Below, piece after piece: positions 10,699-20,456 of a stretch of DNA of 64,000 bases. Source of the DNA: Escherichia coli. GTDB taxonomy: Bacteria; Pseudomonadota; Gammaproteobacteria; Enterobacterales; Enterobacteriaceae. The stretch lies in assembly GCF_013315695.1 (NCBI RefSeq), contig NZ_CP054353.1; one strand, written 5' to 3'. The position numbers and the translations under genes were made by a program. The number at the start of each line of letters is the position of its first letter. The stretch's first letter is position 1. Under the pieces are notes generated by a model. It had not been told where the DNA came from, made no database searches, and saw only the letters and a list, made by a program, of their open reading frames with translations.

Positions 10699-10730
10699 GC
10701 AGGGGGCGGCGGCGATTGGCCGCCCCCTGC
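10699..10730. repeat. perfect 12-bp GC-rich hairpin
   Basis: GCAGGGGGCGGC (10699-10710), loop GGCGATTG, GCCGCCCCCTGC (10719-10730). The three overlapping ORFs here (10532-10771) look like GC-composition artefacts. Confidence 0.6.
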
Positions 10731-10839
10731 GCGCTCCTTGCGCCAGTGATTATATGAAGCAATGCACATGACAGGAGCGCAACAGGATGAGAGACTGAAC
10801 TATTCTCGTTATTTTCGGACCTGATGACATTAATTAATT

Positions 10840-10923
10840 TTAAAATATCATCTTAAATACGCCAGTCACCACCAGTAGCCCAATCAGGAAAATAATCAAT
10901 ACAGCCCAGAGTATAATTTTCAT
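10840..10923 (-). CDS. yohP: small membrane protein YohP (27 aa)
   Basis: Below the ORF-track cutoff. Reverse complement reads MKIILWAVLIIFLIGLLVVTGVFKMIF*, which I recognise as YohP. It lies next to mdtQ as in K-12. Confidence 0.85.
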   Translation of the reverse strand: MKIILWAVLIIFLIGLLVVTGVFKMIF

Positions 10924-11146
10924 TGGCGTTCCTTTATTTGTGAGTGCTGAATAAGTATAGGAAAAAACGAAGCCCTTTGCCGCTATTCATAAACGATTAA
11001 GATAAATCGGAAGATATCATTCGCTTAGTGTATATTTTTCTGGATATGTCGTTTTATTGCCACTGATGTATTGCCACGCGAAACTAAAAAATATATCGCA
11101 ACACACGGTAATCTCCGCGCACCTTTTCTTACCTGATTATTCCCCC

Positions 11147-12583
11147 ATGAATCGTGATTCTTTTTATCCAGCCATCGCCTGTTTTCCGCTGTTACTGATG
11201 CTAGCCGGGTGTGCGCCTATGCATGAAACCCGCCAGGCGTTAAGCCAGCAAACACCCGCGGCACAAGTTGACACCGCATTACCCACGGCGCTGAAAAATG
11301 GTTGGCCAGACAGCCAATGGTGGCTGGAGTATCACGATAATCAACTCACCTCATTAATTAATAACGCACTACAGAACGCACCGGATATGCAGGTGGCTGA
11401 ACAGCGCATTCAGCTGGCTGAAGCCCAGGCGAAGGCAGTTGCCACTCAGGATGGTCCACAGCTCGACTTTTCTGCGGATATGGAGCGGCAAAAAATGTCG
11501 GCAGAAGGGTTAATGGGGCCGTTTGCTTTGAACGATCCTGCCGCAGGTACGACCGGTCCGTGGTACACCAACGATACTTTTGGCTTAACGGCGGGCTGGC
11601 ATCTCGATATCTGGGGAAAGACTCGGGCGGAGGTTACTGCTCGCCTCGGTACGGTTAAAGCACGGGCGGCGGAACGCGAGCAAACCCGCCAATTGCTGGC
11701 TGGCAGCGTAGCCCGCCTGTACTGGGAGTGGCAAACCCAGGCGGCGTTAAACACGGTCTTACAGCAAATCGAAAAAGAGCAGAACACCATTATCGCCACC
11801 GATCGCCAGCTATATCAGAACGGGATTACTTCTGCAGTTGAAGGTGTGGAAACCGATATTAATGCCAGCAAAACCCGGCAGCAGCTCAACGATGTCGCGG
11901 GGAAAATGAAAATTATTGAGGCACGGTTAAGTGCGCTCACCAACCACCAGACAAAGTCATTGAAGCTTAAACCGGTCGCGTTGCCGAAAGTGGCAAGTCA
12001 GCTTCCTGATGAACTCGGGTACTCCTTACTGGCCCGGCGGGCAGATTTGCAGGCGGCGCACTGGTACGTTGAGTCATCGTTAAGCACTATTGATGCGGCA
12101 AAAGCGGCATTTTATCCTGACATCAACCTGATGGCCTTTCTGCAACAGGATGCGTTGCACTTAAGCGATCTGTTCCGTCATTCCGCGCAGCAAATGGGCG
12201 TTACGGCAGGCCTGACGCTACCCATTTTCGATAGTGGTCGTCTTAACGCCAATCTCGATATCGCAAAAGCCGAAAGCAACTTGTCTATCGCCAGCTACAA
12301 CAAAGCGGTGGTTGAAGCGGTAAATGACGTGGCGCGGGCGGCCAGCCAGGTTCAGACACTGGCGGAGAAAAACCAGCATCAGGCGCAAATTGAGCACGAT
12401 GCCTTGCGTGTGGTAGGTCTTGCGCAGGCGCGCTTTAACGCGGGCATCATTGCTGGTTCCCGCGTCAGCGAAGCCAGAATCCCCGCGCTGCGTGAGCGGG
12501 CCAATGGCCTGTTATTGCAAGGGCAGTGGCTGGATGCCTCCATTCAACTCACCGGTGCGCTGGGCGGGGGTTACAAACGCTGA
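11147..12583 (+). CDS. mdtQ: outer-membrane efflux lipoprotein (NodT/OprM family) MdtQ, apparently intact
   Basis: ORF 11057-12583. Start taken at MNRDSFYPAIACFPLLLMLAGC (lipobox LAGC), 478 aa, with TolC-like repeat structure. K-12 carries this gene as a pseudogene (from memory). Confidence 0.85.
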   Translation: MNRDSFYPAIACFPLLLMLAGCAPMHETRQALSQQTPAAQVDTALPTALKNGWPDSQWWLEYHDNQLTSLINNALQNAPDMQVAEQRIQLAEAQAKAVATQDGPQLDFSADMERQKMSAEGLMGPFALNDPAAGTTGPWYTNDTFGLTAGWHLDIWGKTRAEVTARLGTVKARAAEREQTRQLLAGSVARLYWEWQTQAALNTVLQQIEKEQNTIIATDRQLYQNGITSAVEGVETDINASKTRQQLNDVAGKMKIIEARLSALTNHQTKSLKLKPVALPKVASQLPDELGYSLLARRADLQAAHWYVESSLSTIDAAKAAFYPDINLMAFLQQDALHLSDLFRHSAQQMGVTAGLTLPIFDSGRLNANLDIAKAESNLSIASYNKAVVEAVNDVARAASQVQTLAEKNQHQAQIEHDALRVVGLAQARFNAGIIAGSRVSEARIPALRERANGLLLQGQWLDASIQLTGALGGGYKR

Positions 12584-12635
12584 TGATATGCGCCTTCTAT
12601 ACTTAACATTTATTCAGCGTTAAGTGGAGAACTCG

Positions 12636-13397
12636 ATGGCACAGGTCGCGATAATTACCGCCTCCGATTCGGGGATCGGCAAAGAGTGCGCGTTATTACT
12701 GGCGCAGCAGGGGTTTGATATTGGCATTACCTGGCACTCAGATGAAGAAGGGGCAAAAGATACCGCGCGTGAGGTAGTTAGCCACGGCGTACGTGCGGAG
12801 ATCGTGCAACTGGATCTCGGCAATCTACCAGAAGGGGCACTGGCGCTGGAGAAACTTATTCATCGGCTGGGGCGTATTGATGTGCTGGTGAATAATGCGG
12901 GCGCAATGACCAAAGCGCCGTTTCTTGATATGGCTTTCGATGAGTGGCGCAAGATTTTTACCGTTGATGTCGATGGTGCATTTTTATGCTCGCAAATTGC
13001 TGCCCGCCAGATGGTGAAGCAAGGGCAGGGCGGTCGCATCATCAACATTACATCGGTACATGAACATACGCCGCTGCCGGATGCCAGCGCCTACACAGCC
13101 GCTAAACATGCGCTCGGCGGGTTAACCAAAGCAATGGCGTTGGAGTTGGTCAGGCATAAAATTTTGGTGAACGCAGTCGCACCTGGGGCGATCGCCACGC
13201 CAATGAACGGCATGGATGACGGCGATGTGAAGCCCGACGCGGAGCCTTCGATTCCCTTGCGACGTTTTGGCACAACGCATGAGATTGCCAGTCTGGTGGT
13301 ATGGCTTTGTTCGGAGGGCGCAAATTACACCACCGGGCGGTCGTTGATAGTGGATGGCGGCTTTATGTTGGCGAATCCGCAGTTCAACCCAGAATAG
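12636..13397 (+). CDS. yohF: short-chain dehydrogenase/reductase YohF
   Basis: ORF 12624-13397. Start taken at MAQVAIITASDSGIGKECA (TGxxxGIG motif). YxxxK present (YTAAKHA). 253 aa. Confidence 0.9.
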   Translation: MAQVAIITASDSGIGKECALLLAQQGFDIGITWHSDEEGAKDTAREVVSHGVRAEIVQLDLGNLPEGALALEKLIHRLGRIDVLVNNAGAMTKAPFLDMAFDEWRKIFTVDVDGAFLCSQIAARQMVKQGQGGRIINITSVHEHTPLPDASAYTAAKHALGGLTKAMALELVRHKILVNAVAPGAIATPMNGMDDGDVKPDAEPSIPLRRFGTTHEIASLVVWLCSEGANYTTGRSLIVDGGFMLANPQFNPE

Positions 13398-13431
13398 CGC
13401 AGTGAGGTGCGTGGTTATTTCATTGGGTTAG

Positions 13432-13509
13432 GCCAGATAAGACACGCCAGCGTCGCATCAGGCATGGTGCACCGGATGTCGGATGCGGCGCGAACACCTT
13501 ATCCAGGGC
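13432..13509. repeat. REP/BIME element (two REP units)
   Basis: GCCAGATAAGACACGCCAGCGTCGCATCAGGC and CGGATGTCGGATGCGGCGCGAACACCTTATCCAGGGC match the E. coli REP pattern (GCCGGATGCGGCG...). Located in the intergenic gap between the 3' ends of convergent yohF and yohD. Confidence 0.7.
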
Positions 13510-13516
13510 AATAGTT

Positions 13517-14095
13517 TTACGCCTGATGATCCGGCTTTTTCTTCCCGCGCCGTTTCAGCCACCAGCGCACGCCTACCACCAGAACCACGACCAGAATCAA
13601 CCAGACCCAGTGCTTCAAATGCTGGTCGAGATTGTGCAACCACGGCGCAATCACCTGCCCACCAGCGTAACCGATAGTGGTAAAAATCAGCGACCAGGCA
13701 AATGCGCCGAGAATATTCAGCGGCAGAAAGATTTTCGGCGGCAGCTGGCTGGCACCAATCAGCGTCGGGCCAATGACCCGAAAGCCATACATAAAACGCG
13801 TACCAATGACAAACAGATACGGATGGCGTTGGATAAGTTTCTGCGCCCGCTCAATTTTATCCTGATGTTTCGAGAAACGGCGTAACAGCTTGCCGCCAAA
13901 CCGCCGCCCGCACAGATAAAGCACCTGGTCGCCAATCATGCCGCCAAGCGCCACAGAAAGTACCACCAGCGGGAACTTTAATAGCCCCTGATGTGCCGCA
14001 ACGCCTCCCAGCAAAGTCACGGTTTCACCTTCCGCCAGGCTACCGATCACCAGCGCGGCATAACCATATTGTGAGATGAGTGTATTGAGATCCAT
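13517..14095 (-). CDS. yohD: DedA-family inner membrane protein YohD
   Basis: ORF 13517-14131. Start taken at MDLNTLISQYGYAALVIGSLAEGETV (192 aa). DedA/SNARE-associated motif. Confidence 0.9.
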   Translation of the reverse strand: MDLNTLISQYGYAALVIGSLAEGETVTLLGGVAAHQGLLKFPLVVLSVALGGMIGDQVLYLCGRRFGGKLLRRFSKHQDKIERAQKLIQRHPYLFVIGTRFMYGFRVIGPTLIGASQLPPKIFLPLNILGAFAWSLIFTTIGYAGGQVIAPWLHNLDQHLKHWVWLILVVVLVVGVRWWLKRRGKKKPDHQA

Positions 14096-14264
14096 AGGAC
14101 AGTCTGTCTCCCTTTGCTTGCCTGTAAGCATACACCCTGTGAATCATTCACGCTGAAAAAGGACGTACATCAGACGGTGCAAATTACATGAGCGAACAAA
14201 AAATAATCACAAGCTGACTTATACTTGAACTGTCAGGTTCATGAACTCACAACAAGGGGGCGGT

Positions 14265-14852
14265 ATGAGCCATGTCTGGGGACTGTTTTCCCATCCCGAT
14301 CGTGAAATGCAGGTGATTAATCGCGAAAACGAAACGATTTCTCACCATTACACCCACCACGTTTTGCTGATGGCGGCGATTCCGGTGATTTGCGCCTTCA
14401 TTGGCACTACACAGATTGGCTGGAATTTTGGCGATGGCACTATCCTGAAGTTATCCTGGTTTACCGGACTGGCGCTGGCTGTCTTGTTTTACGGCGTTAT
14501 GCTGGCTGGGGTTGCGGTGATGGGGCGGGTCATCTGGTGGATGGCGCGTAATTATCCGCAGCGTCCGTCACTTGCGCACTGCATGGTCTTCGCGGGCTAC
14601 GTTGCAACTCCGCTGTTTTTAAGCGGTCTGGTGGCGCTTTACCCGCTGGTCTGGTTGTGTGCGCTGGTCGGCACGGTGGCGCTGTTTTACACCGGCTACC
14701 TGCTGTATCTCGGTATTCCGAGCTTCCTGAATATCAACAAAGAGGAAGGACTTAGCTTCTCCAGTTCGACACTGGCGATAGGCGTGCTGGTGCTGGAAGT
14801 GCTGCTCGCCCTTACCGTTATACTATGGGGCTACGGTTATCGTTTGTTCTAG
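14265..14852 (+). CDS. yohC: Yip1-family inner membrane protein YohC
   Basis: ORF 14241-14852. Start taken at MSHVWGLFSHPDREMQ (195 aa). Multiple transmembrane segments. Confidence 0.9.
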   Translation: MSHVWGLFSHPDREMQVINRENETISHHYTHHVLLMAAIPVICAFIGTTQIGWNFGDGTILKLSWFTGLALAVLFYGVMLAGVAVMGRVIWWMARNYPQRPSLAHCMVFAGYVATPLFLSGLVALYPLVWLCALVGTVALFYTGYLLYLGIPSFLNINKEEGLSFSSSTLAIGVLVLEVLLALTVILWGYGYRLF

Positions 14853-15025
14853 AAAGTTCTTTTGCGCTGCATTGCTGGCGTAAATGTCAGCAATGCAGCA
14901 TTTCCTCACGATTCTTCTTTGACGATCGCACTTTTTGCTCGTTATGATGGCGTCGCTAGCCTCAGTAAATCCTTACTCCGGCGGTGCGCAACCCGTGCGC
15001 GTGAACCACTATCTGAATGCTCATC

Positions 15026-15958
15026 ATGCCGAAATTTCGAGTTTCTTTATTTAGCCTGGCCCTGATGCTGGCTGTGCCTTTTGCACCGCAGGCCGTTGCG
15101 AAAACGGCAGCCGCTACCACCGCGTCACAACCGGAAATTGCCTCCGGTAGCGCGATGATTGTTGATCTGAATACCAACAAAGTGATCTATTCGAACCACC
15201 CGGATCTGGTGCGTCCGATTGCGTCTATCAGCAAATTAATGACCGCGATGGTTGTGCTGGATGCACGACTGCCGCTGGATGAAAAACTAAAAGTGGATAT
15301 CAGCCAGACGCCGGAGATGAAAGGGGTCTATTCGCGCGTACGACTGAACAGCGAAATCAGCCGTAAAGATATGCTGTTGCTGGCGCTGATGTCTTCAGAA
15401 AACCGCGCGGCGGCAAGCCTTGCGCACCATTATCCCGGTGGTTACAAAGCCTTTATTAAGGCGATGAACGCGAAAGCGAAATCGCTCGGAATGAACAACA
15501 CGCGCTTTGTTGAACCAACCGGATTGTCGGTGCATAACGTTTCAACCGCCCGTGACTTAACCAAACTGCTCATTGCCAGCAAACAATATCCGCTGATCGG
15601 GCAGTTAAGTACCACCCGGGAAGATATGGCAACCTTCTCTAACCCGACGTATACGCTGCCGTTCCGCAATACTAACCATCTGGTGTATCGCGATAACTGG
15701 AATATTCAGTTAACTAAAACCGGCTTTACCAATGCGGCGGGCCATTGTCTGGTGATGCGTACGGTTATCAATAATAAACCGGTGGCGCTGGTAGTGATGG
15801 ACGCGTTTGGCAAATATACCCATTTTGCCGATGCCAGCCGCCTGCGTACCTGGATTGAGACCGGTAAAGTGATGCCTGTTCCGGCAGCAGCGTTGAGCTA
15901 TAAAAAACAAAAAGCCGCCCAGATGGCGGCGGCGGGGCAGACGGCACAGAACGATTAA
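15026..15958 (+). CDS. pbpG: D-alanyl-D-alanine endopeptidase PBP7
   Basis: ORF 15017-15958. Start taken at [25 protein letters not shown] (signal peptide). SxxK (SISK), SxN (SEN) and KTG motifs present. Confidence 0.95.
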
Positions 15959-15965
15959 ATGAATG

Positions 15966-15998
15966 ACGGATGGCGATACTCTGCCATCCGTAATTTTT
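15966..15998. terminator. bidirectional intrinsic terminator between convergent pbpG and dld
   Basis: ACGGATGGC-GATACTCT-GCCATCCGT 9-bp stem followed by AATTTTTA. Sits between the two stop codons. Confidence 0.7.
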
Positions 15999-17712
15999 AC
16001 TCCACTTCCTGCCAGTTTTTCCGCTTACTGGTTTTACCGATCCCCGGATTCATACTGTTGGTCGGATCGTTCTCGCGATAGAACTTCTGCAACGTCTCCG
16101 GTGCTTTATACAAATGACCGACGTTATGCTCGGCAGGGTATTGCGCGCCGCGCTGCTGCAGCAGTTCCAGCATCTGTTCTTTCAACGCATGCACATCCAC
16201 GCCTTTTTTCACGATGTAATCCTGATGGAAGACATAGCACATAAAATGGCCGTAATAGAGCTTGTGCACCAGCTGGCTGTCGATCTCCGGCGGTAAATGC
16301 TCATACCATTCGGTGTCGTTACGCCGCAGAGCGATATCCAGCGCCAGAATGTCTTCGACTTCATCGGAATGCACAGCCTGATAACGAATTGCTGCGCCCG
16401 CAGCGGCGAAACGGTGTAAAAACGCTTTGCTGCCTTCCTCCGGCGTACAGACAAAGAAATCGCCCTCGGCCTGTTTGAAATAATCCACCAGCCACGATTT
16501 GGCTTCACCGACGCCATCGCCCGCCATTTTTAACAGCAGATGATGCTCGTATTTATCGCGCCAGTTTTTCATGCGTGGCGGTAAATGGCTGGGGAACAGG
16601 TGACCGAATTTTTGCATTGCACGGTCGGTAAAATGCGGACGGAAGAATTTCACTTTCTCCAGCATCGCATCGGTGCGTCCCTTGAGATTAAAGAAGAACG
16701 GCATCTTGTCGGTGCCTAACTTATCAATCATCAGGAAGGTGTCTTTGCCGTATTTTTCCGCAATATCGTAGATATCCCGGTGCATATATTCCCCGGCAAC
16801 CGGCAAATTTTCGAAATTAGCCAGAATATGACGGCGGATTTCGGTCAGCACTTCCGGCTGGTTGGTGCCGATATAAAACACCTGCTGATTTTTTTCCGCT
16901 TCGAAGGTATCAAGACGTACCGCAAAGACGGCCAGCTTACCTGCGCAACCAGAAGATTCAAATAACCGATCCGGATCAGCGTTATAACGTGCGGGCGTGT
17001 CGGCTTCAATATCACGAACGCGGTGGACATAGTCATAATCGTGGGCGTGACGACCATCGTGGCGCACATCGTCATCTTTGATGCGATCGTCATCCAGCTT
17101 GCTAAGGATCTGCTCCGGCGTTTCGCCCAGATCAATCCCCAGATGGTTAACCAGCGTCAGCTTGCCATCTTCATTTATACGCGCGAATAACGACATTTCG
17201 GTATACGCCGGGCCACGTTGCACCAGCGAACCACCAGAGTTATTACAGATACCGCCGATGACCGATGCGCCTATACACGATGATCCAATCACCGAGTGCG
17301 GTTCGCGTCCCAGCGGTTTGAGGGCTTTTTCCAGTGAATAGAGCGTGGTGCCCGGATAGGCCAGCACCTGTTCGCCCTTGCCGAGAACGTGTAGCTTGTC
17401 GAGACGCAGGGTGCTGATGATCACGATATCGCGATCATAGTCGTTACCGTTTGGCGTAGATCCTTCGGTCAGACCTGTATTGGCGGCCTGCATGAGAATA
17501 ATTTTGTCGGCGGTGACGCAGGCTTTCAGCACCCGCCACAATTCCAGTAGTGAGCCAGGGAAAACGACAGCCAGCGCGTCGCCCTGACCAGAACGGAAGC
17601 CCTTGCGATAGCGGGCCGTTTTTGCGGGATCGGTGAGCAGGTGTGAATGACCGACCAGACGGGCAAGTTCATTCAAAAAGGCTTTATTATCAGTTGTTGT
17701 CATGGAAGACAT
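15997..17712 (-). CDS. dld: FAD-dependent D-lactate dehydrogenase (quinone)
   Basis: ORF 15997-17745. Start taken at MSSMTTTDNKAFLNELARLVG (571 aa). Confidence 0.95.
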   Translation of the reverse strand: MSSMTTTDNKAFLNELARLVGHSHLLTDPAKTARYRKGFRSGQGDALAVVFPGSLLELWRVLKACVTADKIILMQAANTGLTEGSTPNGNDYDRDIVIISTLRLDKLHVLGKGEQVLAYPGTTLYSLEKALKPLGREPHSVIGSSCIGASVIGGICNNSGGSLVQRGPAYTEMSLFARINEDGKLTLVNHLGIDLGETPEQILSKLDDDRIKDDDVRHDGRHAHDYDYVHRVRDIEADTPARYNADPDRLFESSGCAGKLAVFAVRLDTFEAEKNQQVFYIGTNQPEVLTEIRRHILANFENLPVAGEYMHRDIYDIAEKYGKDTFLMIDKLGTDKMPFFFNLKGRTDAMLEKVKFFRPHFTDRAMQKFGHLFPSHLPPRMKNWRDKYEHHLLLKMAGDGVGEAKSWLVDYFKQAEGDFFVCTPEEGSKAFLHRFAAAGAAIRYQAVHSDEVEDILALDIALRRNDTEWYEHLPPEIDSQLVHKLYYGHFMCYVFHQDYIVKKGVDVHALKEQMLELLQQRGAQYPAEHNVGHLYKAPETLQKFYRENDPTNSMNPGIGKTSKRKNWQEVE

Positions 17713-17907
17713 TTTCCACTCCTTGTGGTGGCGAAAAAATATCACAAACTAGAATAGCGCCTTGTATGACAATTCAGCGAGTGAATATTTTGAAAATTCA
17801 GACAATAAACTGAGCATTCTTTTTCTCTCTCTATCATGCTTATGGCAAACTACGGTTTTTGCACCATTTTCGCTGCCTCGTCGGGCAACAGAGGAAGAAA
17901 AATCCAT

Positions 17908-20205
17908 ATGAAATGGCTATGTTCAGTAGGAATCGCGGTGAGTCTGGCCCTGCAGCCAGCACTGGCGGATGATTTATTCGGCAACCATCCATTAACGCCC
18001 GAAGCGCGGGATGCGTTCGTCACCGAACTGCTTAAGAAAATGACAGTTGATGAGAAAATTGGTCAGCTGCGTTTAATCAGCGTCGGCCCGGATAATCCGA
18101 AAGAGGCGATCCGCGAGATGATCAAAGACGGGCAGGTTGGGGCGATTTTCAACACCGTAACCCGTCAGGATATCCGCGCCATGCAGGATCAGGTGATGGA
18201 ATTAAGCCGCCTGAAAATTCCTCTTTTCTTTGCTTACGACGTGCTGCACGGTCAGCGCACGGTGTTCCCGATTAGCCTCGGTCTGGCCTCGTCTTTTAAC
18301 CTCGATGCGGTGAAAACAGTCGGGCGTGTCTCTGCTTATGAAGCGGCAGATGATGGCCTGAATATGACCTGGGCACCGATGGTCGATGTTTCGCGCGATC
18401 CGCGCTGGGGACGTGCTTCCGAAGGTTTTGGCGAAGATACGTATCTCACCTCAATAATGGGTAAAACCATGGTGCAAGCGATGCAGGGTAAAAGTCCGGC
18501 AGATCGCTACTCGGTGATGACCAGCGTCAAACACTTTGCCGCTTACGGCGCGGTAGAAGGCGGTAAAGAGTACAACACCGTCGATATGAGTCCGCAGCGC
18601 CTGTTTAATGATTATATGCCGCCGTACAAAGCGGGGCTGGACGCAGGCAGCGGCGCGGTGATGGTGGCGCTGAACTCGCTGAACGGCACGCCAGCCACCT
18701 CCGACTCCTGGCTGCTGAAAGATGTTCTGCGCGACCAGTGGGGCTTTAAAGGCATCACCGTTTCCGATCACGGCGCAATCAAAGAGCTGATTAAACATGG
18801 CACAGCGGCAGACCCGGAAGATGCGGTGCGCGTGGCGCTGAAATCCGGCATCAACATGAGTATGAGCGACGAGTATTACTCGAAGTATCTGCCTGGGTTG
18901 ATCAAATCCGGCAAAGTGACGATGGAAGAGCTGGATGACGCTGCCCGTCATGTACTGAACGTTAAATATGATATGGGGTTGTTTAACGACCCGTACAGCC
19001 ATCTCGGTCCGAAAGAGTCTGACCCGGTGGATACCAATGCCGAAAGCCGCCTGCACCGCAAAGAAGCGCGTGAAGTGGCACGCGAAAGCCTGGTGTTGCT
19101 GAAAAACCGTCTCGAAACGTTACCGCTGAAAAAATCAGCCACCATTGCGGTGGTTGGGCCATTGGCGGACAGCAAACGTGACGTGATGGGCAGCTGGTCC
19201 GCAGCCGGTGTTGCCGATCAATCTGTTACTGTGCTAACAGGGATTAAAAACGCCGTCGGTGAAAACGGTAAAGTGCTGTACGCCAAAGGGGCGAACGTCA
19301 CCAGTGACAAAGGCATTATCGATTTCCTGAATCAGTATGAAGAGGCGGTCAAAGTCGACCCGCGCTCGCCGCAAGAGATGATTGATGAAGCGGTGCAAAC
19401 CGCGAAGCAATCTGATGTGGTGGTGGCTGTGGTCGGTGAAGCTCAGGGGATGGCGCACGAGGCCTCCAGCCGTACCGATATCACTATTCCGCAAAGCCAA
19501 CGTGACTTGATTGCGGCGCTGAAAGCCACCGGTAAACCACTGGTGCTGGTGCTGATGAACGGACGTCCGCTGGCGCTGGTGAAAGAAGATCAGCAGGCTG
19601 ATGCGATTCTGGAAACCTGGTTTGCGGGGACTGAAGGCGGTAATGCAATTGCCGATGTATTGTTTGGCGATTATAACCCGTCCGGCAAGCTGCCGATGTC
19701 CTTCCCGCGTTCTGTCGGGCAGATCCCGGTGTACTACAGCCATCTGAATACCGGTCGCCCGTATAATGCCGACAAGCCGAACAAATACACTTCGCGTTAT
19801 TTTGATGAAGCTAACGGGGCGCTTTATCCGTTCGGCTATGGTCTGAGCTATACCACTTTCACCGTCTCTGATGTGAAACTTTCTGCGCCGACCATGAAGC
19901 GTGACGGCAAAGTGACCGCCAGCGTGCAGGTGACGAACACCGGTAAGCGCGAAGGGGTGACGGTAGTTCAGATGTACCTGCAGGATGTGACGGCTTCCAT
20001 GAGTCGCCCGGTAAAACAGCTGAAAGGCTTTGAGAAAATCACCCTGAAACCGGGCGAAACCCAGACTGTCAGCTTCCCGATTGATATCGAGGCGCTGAAG
20101 TTCTGGAATCAACAGATGAAATATGACGCCGAGCCTGGCAAGTTCAATGTCTTTATCGGCACTGATTCCGCACGCGTTAAGAAAGGCGAGTTTGAGTTGC
20201 TGTAA
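17908..20205 (+). CDS. bglX: periplasmic beta-glucosidase, GH3
   Basis: ORF 17836-20205. Start taken at MKWLCSVGIAVSLALQPALA (signal peptide), 765 aa, GH3 motifs. Confidence 0.95.
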   Translation: MKWLCSVGIAVSLALQPALADDLFGNHPLTPEARDAFVTELLKKMTVDEKIGQLRLISVGPDNPKEAIREMIKDGQVGAIFNTVTRQDIRAMQDQVMELSRLKIPLFFAYDVLHGQRTVFPISLGLASSFNLDAVKTVGRVSAYEAADDGLNMTWAPMVDVSRDPRWGRASEGFGEDTYLTSIMGKTMVQAMQGKSPADRYSVMTSVKHFAAYGAVEGGKEYNTVDMSPQRLFNDYMPPYKAGLDAGSGAVMVALNSLNGTPATSDSWLLKDVLRDQWGFKGITVSDHGAIKELIKHGTAADPEDAVRVALKSGINMSMSDEYYSKYLPGLIKSGKVTMEELDDAARHVLNVKYDMGLFNDPYSHLGPKESDPVDTNAESRLHRKEAREVARESLVLLKNRLETLPLKKSATIAVVGPLADSKRDVMGSWSAAGVADQSVTVLTGIKNAVGENGKVLYAKGANVTSDKGIIDFLNQYEEAVKVDPRSPQEMIDEAVQTAKQSDVVVAVVGEAQGMAHEASSRTDITIPQSQRDLIAALKATGKPLVLVLMNGRPLALVKEDQQADAILETWFAGTEGGNAIADVLFGDYNPSGKLPMSFPRSVGQIPVYYSHLNTGRPYNADKPNKYTSRYFDEANGALYPFGYGLSYTTFTVSDVKLSAPTMKRDGKVTASVQVTNTGKREGVTVVQMYLQDVTASMSRPVKQLKGFEKITLKPGETQTVSFPIDIEALKFWNQQMKYDAEPGKFNVFIGTDSARVKKGEFELL

Positions 20206-20214
20206 TGCTTTAGC

Positions 20215-20238
20215 AAGGGCGCGACGTTTGCGCCCTTT
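20215..20238 (+). terminator. probable intrinsic terminator after bglX
   Basis: AAGGGCGC-GACGTTT-GCGCCCTT 8-bp stem followed by only a short T run. Confidence 0.5.
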
Positions 20239-20279
20239 GCCTGATGTTCATATCTTAACTTGCTGAATTTTCGCCCTTT

Positions 20280-20314
20280 GTAGGCCGGATAAGGCGCTCG
20301 CGCCGCATCCGGCA
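20280..20314. repeat. REP element
   Basis: GTAGGCCGGATAAGGCGCTCGCGCCGCATCCGGCA is the classical REP consensus. Confidence 0.65.
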
Positions 20315-20456
20315 GGAAACGCCGGACCGAATATGCCTCTTAAGTATTTATCTGATTCTGTAACTGAATCCGTCCGCTCAGGCTAACCCTGTCATTATCA
20401 ACTATGCTTTTCTCTTAATTCGCTGAAAACAACAGTAAAAGAATGAGGAAAGCATC

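Noticed and set aside
10532-10771. Three overlapping 60-76-aa ORFs right of the IS.
   Set aside because: They lie over the IS right end, the palindrome arm and the 12-bp GC hairpin. They are Pro/Arg/Gly-rich GC artefacts with no ribosome-binding sites.
18451-20112. Minus-strand ORFs 18451-19056 and 19234-20112 (201 and 292 aa).
   Set aside because: They are antisense to bglX. They have His/Arg-rich low-complexity composition typical of antisense frames of GC-rich genes.
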